Shown here: positions 11,101-22,600 of the stretch, piece by piece
Layout of the letters: the number at the start of each line of letters is the position of its first letter
Numbering within the stretch: position 1 is the stretch's first letter
DNA from: Dictyostelium discoideum
Taxonomy: Eukaryota
Length of the DNA stretch: 64,000 nt
Assembly: GCA_000004695.1 (NCBI GenBank)
Contig: CM000151.3
Span: 512,001 to 576,000, forward strand
Direction: 5' to 3'
Translations under genes and position numbers: made by a program
Notes under the pieces: generated by a model
The model's database searches: none
What the model was told of the DNA's origin: nothing
The model's input: only the letters and a program-made list of their open reading frames with translations

Positions 11101-14100
11101 AGATGGTTCAGTTTTATATGAAATTCAAGAAGTTGTTTGTAAATCATTAATTCCAATCAAAGATTCACTTAAAATTGAATATCCAAATGATGAATTATAC
11201 AAAGTTCATTTACAATCAAAAGATTCTCAAATTCCAACACCATCATATTTCAAATCAATTATTTATGAAAATGATTCTTTCCATTCTATTGTAAATATTC
11301 CAGAAGATTTATTCAAATATATTTCAACATTGTTTTATAAAGATATTATAAAAAGATGTCCAGAAATTAATATCAATAAAATTAATTCTCATAGTGTTAA
11401 TGAAATTATTTCAAGTTTCAGTAAAATTTCAAAACACGAAAGATTATTTAGATTTGTATTTGAAACAATAAAAGAGAATGGTATTCTTAATAGTTTGGAA
11501 GAAAATGATGATGCTTATTTCGAATTTAATGAATTAGTTATAAAATCATCAAGAATTATTTCAAAATTATTATTTCCATTAGAAAATGATAATGATAATG
11601 AAGATTTACCTCAATCATTATTTCAAAATGGTTTAATGGATAAATTTTATAAATGCAACAATTTTAAAAAGAAAAATCAAATTATTTCACATGTTATAAA
11701 ACATTCAATTAAAGAGATTATTAATAATAATATTATAATTAGAATTTTAGAATTTGGAGGAGGTACTGCATCATTATCAGTTGAAGTTATTGGAGAAATC
11801 GTTACATTACTCCAAGAGAATCCAAATTATCAAGTTGAAATCGAATATACATGGAGTGATATTTCACCTGCATTCATAGCAGATGCAAAGAATAAAATCA
11901 ATAAAATCATTAATGATGCTGCTATAACAAATGGATTAAATGTTATTTATCTTCCATTAACAATTGGTGAATCATTGATAGAAACTCAATCAATTAAACC
12001 ATCATATTATGATTTCGTTATAATGTCAAATGTTCTTCATGTTGTTAAAGATATCAAACAAGTGGTAGAACAAATGTATCAATTGTTAACACCAAATGGT
12101 CAATTGGTGTTTGTTGAACCACCTTATAAATCAATTCTAATTGATTCAATAGTTGGTTCATTTGATCAATGGTGGTCATTCACTGATACTGATATTAGAA
12201 AAGATAGATGTGGTATGTCTCAACAAAGTTGGTATCAATTATTAAAGACATGTAATTTTAAAGACATTGTAATGTCTAAAGAATGCATTTTCGGATCAGT
12301 AATACAGGCACAAAAACCACCAATTTCTTTATTGAATTCTCAACCAAAACATGATAATATAATTATATATGGTGGTGGTAATAATTCACGTTTTTTTGAA
12401 AACATCAAATTATATTCAAATTCGAAAAGTTTAATTCAAATTGAAACTATTCAAGAATTTAATCAATTTATAAATAAATCTACAATTACAAACGATTCAA
12501 TCATTTATTTTATAAAAACATTAGAAACATTATCATTGGATAATTTTGCACAAATAACTCTTGAATATATTGAAATCAATAAAAAACTATTACAAATTAA
12601 TAGTTTATGTAAACATGTATTAATTGTTAGTGATTCAAGAAAAACTAACTATTTAGCATCATCAGTTGTTGGTGCTGCAAGATACTTTGATGAATTCCAA
12701 CAATTGAAATTACATACGTTAGATTTTGATTATGATTCAACTCAAAATTATATAAATTCAAAAAATAACAAAATGGTTCAATTCATTAATATATTAACAG
12801 ATTCAAAAACAAATGTTCATAAAGAAATGATTATAATTAATAATAAAGTATATTATGAAATAGTTCAAAAAGAGAAAAATCTAAAATTAAAATACAATTC
12901 AGAATCTTTTGAAAATCAAAATAATTTAATGTGTTCATTATCACCAAATTTAGAATATCAATTACAATCAAAACAAATTAAATTAAGAGATAATCAAGTT
13001 GAAGTTAAAACAATTGCAACTGGTATCAATTATAAAGATTATTTAAATTTTAGTGGTTCAAATAGCAACGGTGATGACAATACAGGTTTACCACAATTTG
13101 GATATGAATTTTCAGGTATTATAACAAGAGTTGGTAATAATGTAAAAGATTATAAAGTTGGTGATAATGTATTTGGTTTATCAAATTCTTGTACATCATC
13201 TCACATTGTTACAAATTTTAAAAATATTCAATTAAAACCTTCAAAAATAAGTCATATTGAAGCATCATCAATTCCAATTGATTATTTAGCATCATTTATT
13301 AGTTTATTTAATGTTGGTAGTTTAAATATTGAAGATAATGAATCAATTTTAATTCATTTAGGTAGTGATGGTTTTGGATTATCAACATTTGAAATATTAA
13401 AATGGAAAGGTTTTAAATCAAATTTATTCGTTACAGTAAATTCAGATGAAACTAAACAATATCTTCTAGATAGATATGGTGATTTTATTAGTGGAATTTA
13501 TTCAAACACAGATAAAAGTTATGTTACAGAAATAAAAAACGAATTAATTAAATTAGGTTCAAAAAAGAAAGGAGTAGATTTAATATTAAATACATTACCA
13601 AGTGATTTTATGGATTCAAATTTCGAGTTATTAACAAAGAATGCAAGAATAATTGATTTAACTTCAAATCATTTAAATCAAAGTGAATTTTTAAAAAATA
13701 TCAATTTTAAATATAATCATAGTTACCACAACTTTCAGTTATCATTATTTCAAAAAAATAAAATACAAAAATGTTTAAATGAAATTTCAAATGCTATTGA
13801 AAATGGAGAATTAAAAACTATTCCAATTAAAGAATTTACAAATTTAAATATTAAAGATGCCATCAAATACATTACCAACGGTAACATTGAAAAAATTACA
13901 GTTAGCCATGACCATGAAATTTATAGTGATATTATTTATAGATATTTAGATGAAAAAGAGTTTTCAATATTAAAATCAAATTATCAAATTAATTCAAATA
14001 ATTTAGGTAAAAATATATTAATTACAGGTCAATCAGGTATTATTTTAGAAATATTAAAATGGATCATTAAATATTCAAATATTAATACAATAGAAAATGT

Positions 14101-15091
14101 TATTATTCTTTCAAGATCATCATTAAAATGGGAATTAGAGTTATTAATTAATCAAACTAAACTATCAAATAATAATATTAAATTTCATTTCAAGAGTATT
14201 GATGTTGGTGATAGTGAACAAGTTGATAATGCAATCAATGAAATATTAAATGAAAATCAACAAATTACAAATATTGATTCAATATACCATTTTGCATTTC
14301 AACAAATTACATGTAAAGTTCAAGAAATCAATATGAAACATTTAGATATTTCACATGGAGCAAAATCAATGGGAGCAATTAATTTACATAATCAATCAAT
14401 TAAACGTAATTGGAAATTAATTAATTTTGTTATGGCTTCTTCTGCAATTTCATTAATAGGTTCAACAGATTTATGTACATATGCTTGTGCAAATACTCTA
14501 CTAGATTCATTTTCAAAATACAGAGTATCACTTGGATTACCATCTGCATGTATTAACTTTGGATCAATTGAATCTACTGGTTTCGTTTCAAAGAATGAAT
14601 CAGTTTCAGTATTTTTAGACGGTGGTGGTTTCCATCCAACACCAATCAATCAAGTTTTAGGCCTTTTAGATTTACAAATTCAAAATTCTGGTAAATTCAC
14701 AAATTCAATGCTTTCAAATTTCAAACCCTCAAAATTTAAAAATAATCAACAAATATCATTATTTCTAAAATTTGATTACTTGATGAATTTAAAAAACAAT
14801 AGTGAACAAACTAAAAAAGAGAATATTGGAAATAAAAACATTGATGAATTATTCATTGAGAAAGTTTCAGAATTATTTTCAACCGATGAATCAAAAATAA
14901 ATAAAAATCTTAGATTAATCGATTATGGTGCAGATTCATTAATAATAGTTCAATTAAAGAATTGGATAGATAAAGAAATTGGTATTAATTTAATAACAAT
15001 TCAACAACTTCAAAATAATACAATTAATATTTCAATCAAAATGATATTAAATTCATTAATGAAAAATAATCAATGTGGAAGGGAAATTTAA
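8187..15091 (+). CDS. PKS paralog 2, exon 2: rest of KS, AT, DH, cMT, ER, KR, ACP; terminates 8 codons after the ACP region ('...MKNNQCGREI*'), no reductase domain
   Basis: KS His motifs 'EAHGTGTKTGDP' and 'NIGHCEAGSG'; AT 'FVFSGQGSQYPKMA' and 'GHSLGEISA'; DH 'LKGHMVKGKYYFPGCGY' (H-x3-G-x4-P); MT 'ILEFGGGTASLS'; KR 'ITGQSGIIL'; ACP 'IDYGADSLIIVQL'; stop at 15089-15091 with a junction sequence not seen in the other paralogs. Confidence 0.85.
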
Positions 15092-15461
15092 CTTTTTTTT
15101 TTTCAGGGAAAAAAAGCGCTATTTTACCTACACTGCTTTGTGAAATTTAAATAAAAAACCAATATCTAATAATAATAATAATTAATTTATATTTTTAATA
15201 TGAATGTTTTAATATAATTTATTTAAATAATTAAATTCTAAAAATAAAACTTTTGATTTAAAAAATAAAAAATAAAATAAAAAATTCAAAAAACAGCTCT
15301 ACAAATGTCAAAAGAAAAATTTCTAAAGATATTTCACGGTTTTTTACGAGCTCGAAAATATCTTAGGCGCCTACACAAAAAAATTTTATTTTAATAATAT
15401 GACAACATCACAAAATAAATTTACAGAAAAAAAAAAAAATAAAAAAATAAATTAGAGATGC

Positions 15462-15477
15462 CGGAAATGAAAAAAAA

Positions 15478-15516
<39 letters not shown>

Positions 15517-16348
15517 GCAAAAAAAAAAAAAAAAAAAAAAAAATTTGGTTTTTTTTTTTTTTAATTTTTTTTTTTTAATTTTTTTTTTTATTTTTTTTTT
15601 AAATTAATTTATATTTATTTTAGGAGTCAATCCATTCATCTAAATCTATTTTCTCAACTGCTTTTGGAGTAACTGTTATTGAAAAAATTATATTTATTTG
15701 AGACTGTTGAGAATGTTTTTTTGTTTTATTTTTTTATAAAATATTTAATATACCATCTGGATGAATATTTTTTTATAAAATTTAATTAATTAAATTCTCT
15801 CTTTTTTTATTTATAAACAAAACTATAGAACCAACTGACAACATCTTCATACTCCATTGGAATTCTTCGGCACTCAGAGATTAAAATTAAATGATCCCAT
15901 CATTTTACCATTAGAAGATGGATCGTTTAAACTTGTTTTTGGTTATCCACCTTTTGATATTGAAATAATTGAGGTTAAATATTTGGGTGATGGTAGAATT
16001 GGAATAAGATACCATGTCTTATTACCATCAAGAGAAGATCTAGAAACAATAGTTGGTTATGATTATTCATCCAGATGGTATATTAAATATGATTGTCTAC
16101 CACTCAAAACCACAAGCTTTCACTTTCTTCATCACTCTGCCTCTACAAAAGAACAAGAAAAATATCAAAGTTGTAAAATCGATATTGAAAAAGATATAAA
16201 ATATTTTTCAATAACAGTTACTCCAAAAGCAGTTGAGAAAATAGATTTAGATGAATGGATTGACTCCTAAAATAAATATAAATTAATTTAAAAAAAAAAT
16301 AAAAAAAATAAAAAAAATAAAAAAAAACAATTTTTTTTTTTTTTTTGC

Positions 16349-16390
<42 letters not shown>

Positions 16391-16412
16391 CATTTCCAGC
16401 GTCTCTATTAAA
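15462..16412. repeat. Nested inverted-repeat (foldback-like) element, ~950 bp overall, with ~510-bp central region; candidate non-autonomous DNA transposon or hairpin-forming repeat
   Basis: Outer arms 15462..15545 vs reverse complement of 16330..16412 ('tagagatgccggaaatgaaaaa...aaatttggcaaaaa' vs 'tagagacgctggaaatgaaaaa...aaatttggcaaaaa'). Inner arms 15602..15690 vs reverse complement of 16202..16290 appear identical by eye. T-rich and A-rich spacers between arms are also complementary. Confidence 0.5.
15857..16270 (+). CDS. Hypothetical 137-aa ORF inside the inverted-repeat element (no recognisable domain); 3' end lies within the right inner repeat arm
   Basis: ORF 'MEFFGTQRLKLNDPIILPLEDGSFKLVFGYPPFDIEIIEVKYLGDGRIGIRYHVLL...' is not low-complexity, unlike most of the neighbouring intergenic sequence; no similarity to any family I recognise. 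Confidence 0.3.
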   Translation: MEFFGTQRLKLNDPIILPLEDGSFKLVFGYPPFDIEIIEVKYLGDGRIGIRYHVLLPSREDLETIVGYDYSSRWYIKYDCLPLKTTSFHFLHHSASTKEQEKYQSCKIDIEKDIKYFSITVTPKAVEKIDLDEWIDS

Positions 16413-16815
16413 AAAAACAAAATAAAAAAAAAAAAAAAATTAAAAAAATAAAAAAAAAATTAAAAAAATAAAACAAAAAAACATTTTCAAATAAAAGAAA
16501 AAAGAAAAATATTGTGGATCGAAGAGAATCGATTTTTTTTTTTTTTTTTTATTAATCGTTAGAATTTGCAATTAAATTGCGATTTTTTAATTTTTTTGAT
16601 CTGAAATGAATTTTAAAAATCATAATATTAATAATAGTAATAAAAAAATTAATGATAAATAATTTATTTATTTAATTTTATATATTTTGGAGTTTTCTTT
16701 CGAAACTTTTCAGTCGAAAAATAAAAAATTAAGAAAAATGAAAAAAAAAAGTTTTGGTTCACGCTTTACAATATTCTTATAATATAAATTGTGTTGTTCC
16801 TTTATTTATTATGAT

Positions 16816-18190
16816 CATTTTTTTTTTTTGGTATAAATAAACTATTGTAGTATACAATTAGTATGTTATTTTTATTTATTTATTTTAGGTTTTTTAGTTT
16901 TTGTGAATTTAAAATGGTATGTTATTTTAGATGTGGTAATTAATAATTAATTGGTAGTGTAATTGTTGGAATTGGTTCATTTGTGTTTATGCTCCATTCT
17001 TTTTTAAATTTTTTGATGGTTTCGGACCATTGGGTTTCTTTTTGAGTTTTTGTGAGGTTGTTTTTAATTGAGTATTGGTTAAAGTTTGATAATGTTCTTG
17101 AATATTCCAATCTTATTAGCTTGTGCCATTTTGATTTTAATATATCATAATCTAGTGTTGTGTTGTTTATTTGGTTGTTCCAATTGTCAATTGATTGAGT
17201 TATATTGATGTCAAATAATGATTTGCATAACCATATTTGGTGAATAACTAATGAGATTATGTTCCAATATGCATGTGTTCTGACTAGATCAAGATTTGTT
17301 TATATAATTCCAGTTGAATCTGTATTTTTTATATTGTGCGTTTTCTGCTAAATGAAAATTAATATTGATAGTTGGATCTGGTTTAAATGCTTTGTTGTTT
17401 GTTTGTGGTTTATAAATGAGTGTGTATAATTTTGTTGTTTGGTTTTTTGTTAGTGACCAGTTTTTGTTTCCATTGCAATTTTTATATATAAAATATTTTA
17501 ATTTGTCGTGGTTTATGAAGTTGATTGTGTGCTGACAATTGAAAAACAAATGACCATAGGGATCATTATTCATTTCATTGTTGCAAATGGGGCAAACTTT
17601 GTTGTGTAGATGATTAATTGGAAGACATCTAGCATGGAATCTTTGCATTGTATCACGGCCTTTTGGATCTTTTAATTTTTGAATTTTGACAAATAGTTGG
17701 TCGTATGTGTATTTCCATAATAGTTGTATTGATTGTTGGTGCGAAGTAAGAAGTATATCTGAATATTTCTTGCCAACATAGTCTTTTGATTTACATTGGT
17801 GATTGTTGAGTATTGTCGAGTAGATTTCTTTGAGTGTTGGTGGTAGTGAAATATTATTTGTGGTTAATGTTTGAGAGGTTTGGTTTTTTGTTAATATTGG
17901 TTGTAGGGTTTGAACTTTATCTTTTAGATGTCCAATTTGAGTTGCATAGTTTTCCCATTCTTTTTTGATTTTTATAAGGTATGGAGAAGAGATTGATTTG
18001 TTGATGATTTGATCCATCCAACTTATCATGTATATTGAATTGTTTGCAGATTTATGCTTTTGTAAAAATCTGTTGTATATCCAAATCTTTTGAGCAACTT
18101 GTCGTAATTGTATATTCCACATACCCCAACCACCTTCTTTTAATGGTGTTTCAACAAATTGAAACAAATTGAAACAAGTTTTTTTAATGT
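16816..18190 (-). mobile_element. 5'-truncated non-LTR (TRE/LINE-like) retrotransposon fragment: ORF2 C-terminal region with CCHC finger, 3' UTR and short poly(A)
   Basis: The minus-strand ORF ends with 'CPICNNEMNNDPYGHLFFNC' (C-x2-C-x10-H-x4-C), as at the C-terminus of non-LTR ORF2 proteins. The + strand is locally G+T-rich rather than AT-rich; the minus strand runs into a 12-nt A-tract at 16816..16827. Confidence 0.5.
17289..18167 (-). CDS. Retroelement ORF2 C-terminal fragment (292 aa, truncated at its 5' side)
   Basis: ORF-track protein with a C-terminal CCHC-type finger and no homolog among the cellular genes in the window. Confidence 0.5.
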   Translation of the reverse strand: MFQFVETPLKEGGWGMWNIQLRQVAQKIWIYNRFLQKHKSANNSIYMISWMDQIINKSISSPYLIKIKKEWENYATQIGHLKDKVQTLQPILTKNQTSQTLTTNNISLPPTLKEIYSTILNNHQCKSKDYVGKKYSDILLTSHQQSIQLLWKYTYDQLFVKIQKLKDPKGRDTMQRFHARCLPINHLHNKVCPICNNEMNNDPYGHLFFNCQHTINFINHDKLKYFIYKNCNGNKNWSLTKNQTTKLYTLIYKPQTNNKAFKPDPTININFHLAENAQYKKYRFNWNYINKS

Positions 18191-18689
18191 TTAAAAAAGG
18201 AATCTCTAAAAATAACCTATATTTAAAAATAATAAAATTTTTTAAAATTCCAACTTTTTAAAAATGGTTTTTTTATTTTTTAATTGAAAAAAAAAAAAAA
18301 ATTAAACCCAATTAAACAAAATTTTTTTTCTAATTAATCAAACATGATATTATTTTCTCCAAATTTAAAATATTTTTAAATTATTCCACATCATAAAATG
18401 TATACATATGTGTATTTTATTGTGAAAAATCCCCTTGTTAATGAAGGGAAATTTTTTTTGAAATTTCACTACAAAAAGATTTGGTATGAAAATTTGAAAA
18501 AGACAAAAAAAAAAAAAAAATTAAAATTAAAAAAAATATCTTCACGTGGGAATTTATTTTCAGAAAAACCTTTTTTTTTTTTCATTTTTTATTTTTTTTT
18601 ATTTTTTAAATTCTTAATAATAAATAAAATGACAGTAAAATAAACATAAAAACAAAAACCAAATTTACAGACTTTATTTTTAAAATCCC

Positions 18690-18790
18690 CAACATGATAC
18701 CGATTATCTCCAAATTTAAAATGTTCCACACTATATAAAAAAAAGTGGTACTTGATAATTTTAATTAATATTCATTTTTTTTTATTGGTT
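18690..18790 (+). promoter_or_regulatory. Conserved PKS upstream block (putative promoter of PKS paralog 3); a partial second copy lies at 18340..18415
   Basis: 'atctccaaatttaaaatgttccacac...aaaaaaaagtggtacttgataattttaattaatattcatt...tcacctatttt' matches the block upstream of paralog 2; 'tctccaaatttaaaatatttttaaattattccacatcataaaatg' at 18352-18400 repeats its first part. Confidence 0.3.
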
Positions 18791-18980
18791 CACCTATTTT
18801 TAACTGCTTCTTACTATAAAAAATAATAGTAAAAAAAAAAGTAAATAATGCAAGTTTCTAAAAAAAAAAAAAAATATAAATTAAAAAAAAAAAAAACAAA
18901 ATTTAATTTTAAAATTAATTTAGAATTATTTCTGGTAATAACTAATAGAGATATTCCTCAACTAAAATAACTAAGCACCA

Positions 18981-19617
18981 ATGAATAATTTAGAAATTAT
19001 AAATTTAATAGATAAAGGTGTTGCAATTGTTGGGGTGGGGTTTAGAATTCCTTCTGGTAATAATGAAAATTCAATTTGTTCACCAGATGATTTATTTAAT
19101 AATTTAAAGAATGGTTTTGATGGTGTTAGTAGTACATCAGAAAGATGGAGTGACAATTTTCATAAATTAGGTGAAATTAGTAGTCCAAATGCAGGTTTAT
19201 TACCATTTAATGAATGCAAATCATTCGATCCATTATTTTTTGGTATTAATCCATCCGATGCTCATCAGATTGATCCTCAACAAAGATTATTATTAAAATG
19301 TACATGGGAAGCATTAGAAGATGCATCTATCGATCCAATTTCAATTCGTGGTACAAATACTTCAGTTTTCATTGGTTCTTCAAATATTGATTATCAACAT
19401 ATAAATAAACACCAAGACTCAGTTTTAAAAAATGTAATAGCACAATCTGCCTATGCTGTTTCAAATAGAATTTCATACTGTTTCGATTTTAATGGTCCAT
19501 CATTATCAATCGATACTGCATGTTCATCATCATTAAATGCAGTTTCTCAAGGTTATCATTCAATATTAAATGGTACTTCCAATATGTCAATTGTTGGTGG
19601 TGTAAATTTAATATTAG
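18981..19617 (+). CDS. PKS paralog 3, exon 1 (KS N-terminal half)
   Basis: ATG 18981 '[28 protein letters not shown]...[15 protein letters not shown]...VGGVNLILG' followed by a GTAAGA donor at 19618. Confidence 0.85.
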
Positions 19618-19691
19618 GTAAGAATTACATTTAAATATATTATATATAAAATACACTCATTAATTAATTTTTTATTTAAATATTTTACTAG
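19618..19691 (+). other. Intron 1 of PKS paralog 3 (74 bp, phase 1)
   Basis: GTAAGA...TTACTAG; splicing restores '...LILG|DVGMIKAYSYLSMLSKTHGKCKAFD'; the 74-nt length explains the frame shift between the exon 1 ORF (frame 0) and the exon 2 ORF (frame 2). Confidence 0.8.
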
Positions 19692-22600
19692 ATGTTGGAA
19701 TGATAAAAGCATATTCGTATTTAAGCATGTTAAGTAAAACACATGGTAAATGTAAAGCATTTGATGAAAGTGGCGATGGTTTTACACGTGGTGAATGTGC
19801 TACTATTGTAGTTTTAAAAAATTTACAAGATGCAGTTAAAGATGGTAATAGAATTTATTGTGTAATTAATGGCTCAAGTTCAAACGTTGATGGCGGCGGT
19901 CATATGGATAAAGTTAACCTTTATTCACCATCAAAGCAATCACAATTTAATAATATTAATTCAGCATTTAAATCAACCAATGGTAAACTTTCAATTAATG
20001 ATATTCAATATATCGAAGCACATGGTACTGGTACTAAAACAGGCGATCCAATTGAAACTGAAGCAATTTCAATGGCTTTTAAAAATAGAGATAAATCAAC
20101 ACCAATTCTAATTGGTTCAATTAAAAGTAATATTGGTCATTGTGAAGCTGGTTCAGGTGTTGCATCATTAATCAAATGTTGTTTAATGTTTAAATATCAA
20201 TGCTTTTTACCAAATATTCATTTCAAAAATCCAAATCCATTAATTAAATTCAATGAATGGAATTTAAAAGTTGTAACATCACCAATTCCATTCAACAAAA
20301 GAATTAATGAAAAACCAGTTTCAATGATGATTAATAACTTTGGTGTAACAGGTTCAAATTGTTGTTTACTTATTTCAGAATTTAAAAAACAAGATTATGA
20401 ATCATATGAAAACAACAACAACAACAAAAGTAATCATAAAAATATATTAATACCATTCTCAGCAAATTCATCAAATTCATTAAATCAATACCAATCAAAA
20501 TTTAAAAATATAATTAATAATCAATTCAATTTTATTGATTTTACCGCAAATCAAATTTATTCAAAATCAAATTATCTTTATCAAAGATCAGTTGTAATTG
20601 CAAGTAATTCAAATGAACTTTTTGAAAAAATTTTAAATAAAAAACAAATTCAAACTAAAAATTCAATCATTTCGAATATGTCATTCAAAGGAAAGAACCC
20701 AATTACAATTTTTGTTTTTTCAGGTCAAGGATCACAATATCCTAAAATGGCTTTAGAATTATATAATAATGATGAAATTTTTAAGAAGTCAATTGATTTA
20801 ATCGATTCAAAATTATCAAAGTACTATGGTTATTCAGTATGGGGGAAGTTAACAACGATCAAAGATGATGACTTGACCTCAATACATGATCCAATTTTCG
20901 CACAACCAGCACTGTGTATGCTTTCAGTATCACTATTTGAAATATATTGCCATTGGGGAGTAAATCCATCATTTATTCTTGGTCATAGTCTTGGTGAAAT
21001 TTCAGCAGCATATTGTTCTGGAATGATCGATTTAGATACATTCTGTTATACAGTTTATTACAGATCAATCGCCCAATCTAAAACAAATGGTTGTGGTAGA
21101 ATGTTATCAATTAATATCAGTGATGAAGAATTTAAATCAATGTATTCTCAAAAGTATCCACAAATTGAAATTGCGTGTTATAATTCACCTCAATCAATTG
21201 TTGTGGCAGGTAATGAATCAATATTAAATGAAATTTCGAAAGAATTAAAAGAAAAAGAAATTTTCACTGCAATGTTAGGTTCATTATCATCATTCCATAC
21301 AAGTAGTCAGCAATGTACAAAAGATAGTATATTACAACTAAACATTGAAAGTAATCAACCAAAAGTACCAATATTTTCAACAGTTACAACAAATTTATTT
21401 AATGAATCAAATCGATTTAATTCACAATATGTTTATGATAATATTATCAAACCAGTTAAATTCACACAAACAATTTCAAATATTTATAAACATATCGAAT
21501 CAAATCAATTAAATAATGATATTGTATTCATTGAAATTGCACCACATCCAACAATATCATTTTATATTAAGCAAATGGTACCATCAAGTTTAAATGAATC
21601 AGTTTCAGTTTATTCAGCACTTCACAAGAAAAAGAATGATGTCGAAGAGTTTCAACAAACCATTTCAAATTTATATTGTCAAAATGGATATAGTATTAAT
21701 TTTAAATGTCAATTGGAAAATAAAAAATCAAATCAATCAATAAATTTACCACTTTACCAATGGGATGATGAATTATACTTCGCTCAAACTCAAACACTTG
21801 AACAATATACAAAAGAAGGACCACCAATCGATCATCTTGGTCTATCAAACTCTTATTATTCACCATTTAAAAATTCATATAGAACATTTATTGATATAAA
21901 TAATAAACCATTCCAATATCTTAAAGGTCATATGGTTAAAGGTAAATACTACTTCCCAGGTTGTGGTTATATCGATATTATTATTCAACTTTATAAAAAT
22001 CAAGATATTTTTATTAGTTTTATTGAATTTAAAACACCATTAATTTTAATTGAAGGTATCAATCAATATTTACAAACAAACATTCAACAAACTGGTAAAA
22101 GTGAATATCGTGCACAATTTCATTTCAAAGATCAAAAATCAAATGAATGGATTCAATCATCAAATGCAAATTTCCAATTATTAGATCATGGTAATGATAT
22201 ACCATCAAATTATAATATTGAAGAAATTATTAAAAACAAATGTAATTTGAGCAAATTAACAAAGAATGAACTTTATACACAAATAAAATCAAAAACTGGT
22301 TTGAATTATACTGGTGTTTTTCAAGGTGCTACTGAATGTTATTTAGGTAATGATTGTTCATTATCAGTTTTATCTTTAAAATCTCAAACAAATTCATTTT
22401 TAAATATACCAATTTTAGATACATGTTTACATGGAATGTTAGTATTAATAAATGATCAAAGTCAAATTGTATTTGATAAAGCCATTGGATTTAAATATTA
22501 TTCATCAAACATACCATCGGATCTTAAAGAATATAAAGATAGTATTTATGTTTATTCCAATTTAAAACCAAAAAATGCTGATTCATACCATGGATCTATT

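Noticed and set aside
15100-15380. Possible tRNA gene near the TRE-like element (GC-containing islands at 15115..15150, 15330..15375, 16500..16520, 28960..29100)
   Set aside because: None shows the tRNA A-box/B-box pattern (TRGCNNAGTGG...GGTTCGANTCC) or a foldable cloverleaf by eye. They are more likely degenerate transposon or promoter fragments. A tRNAscan run would settle it.
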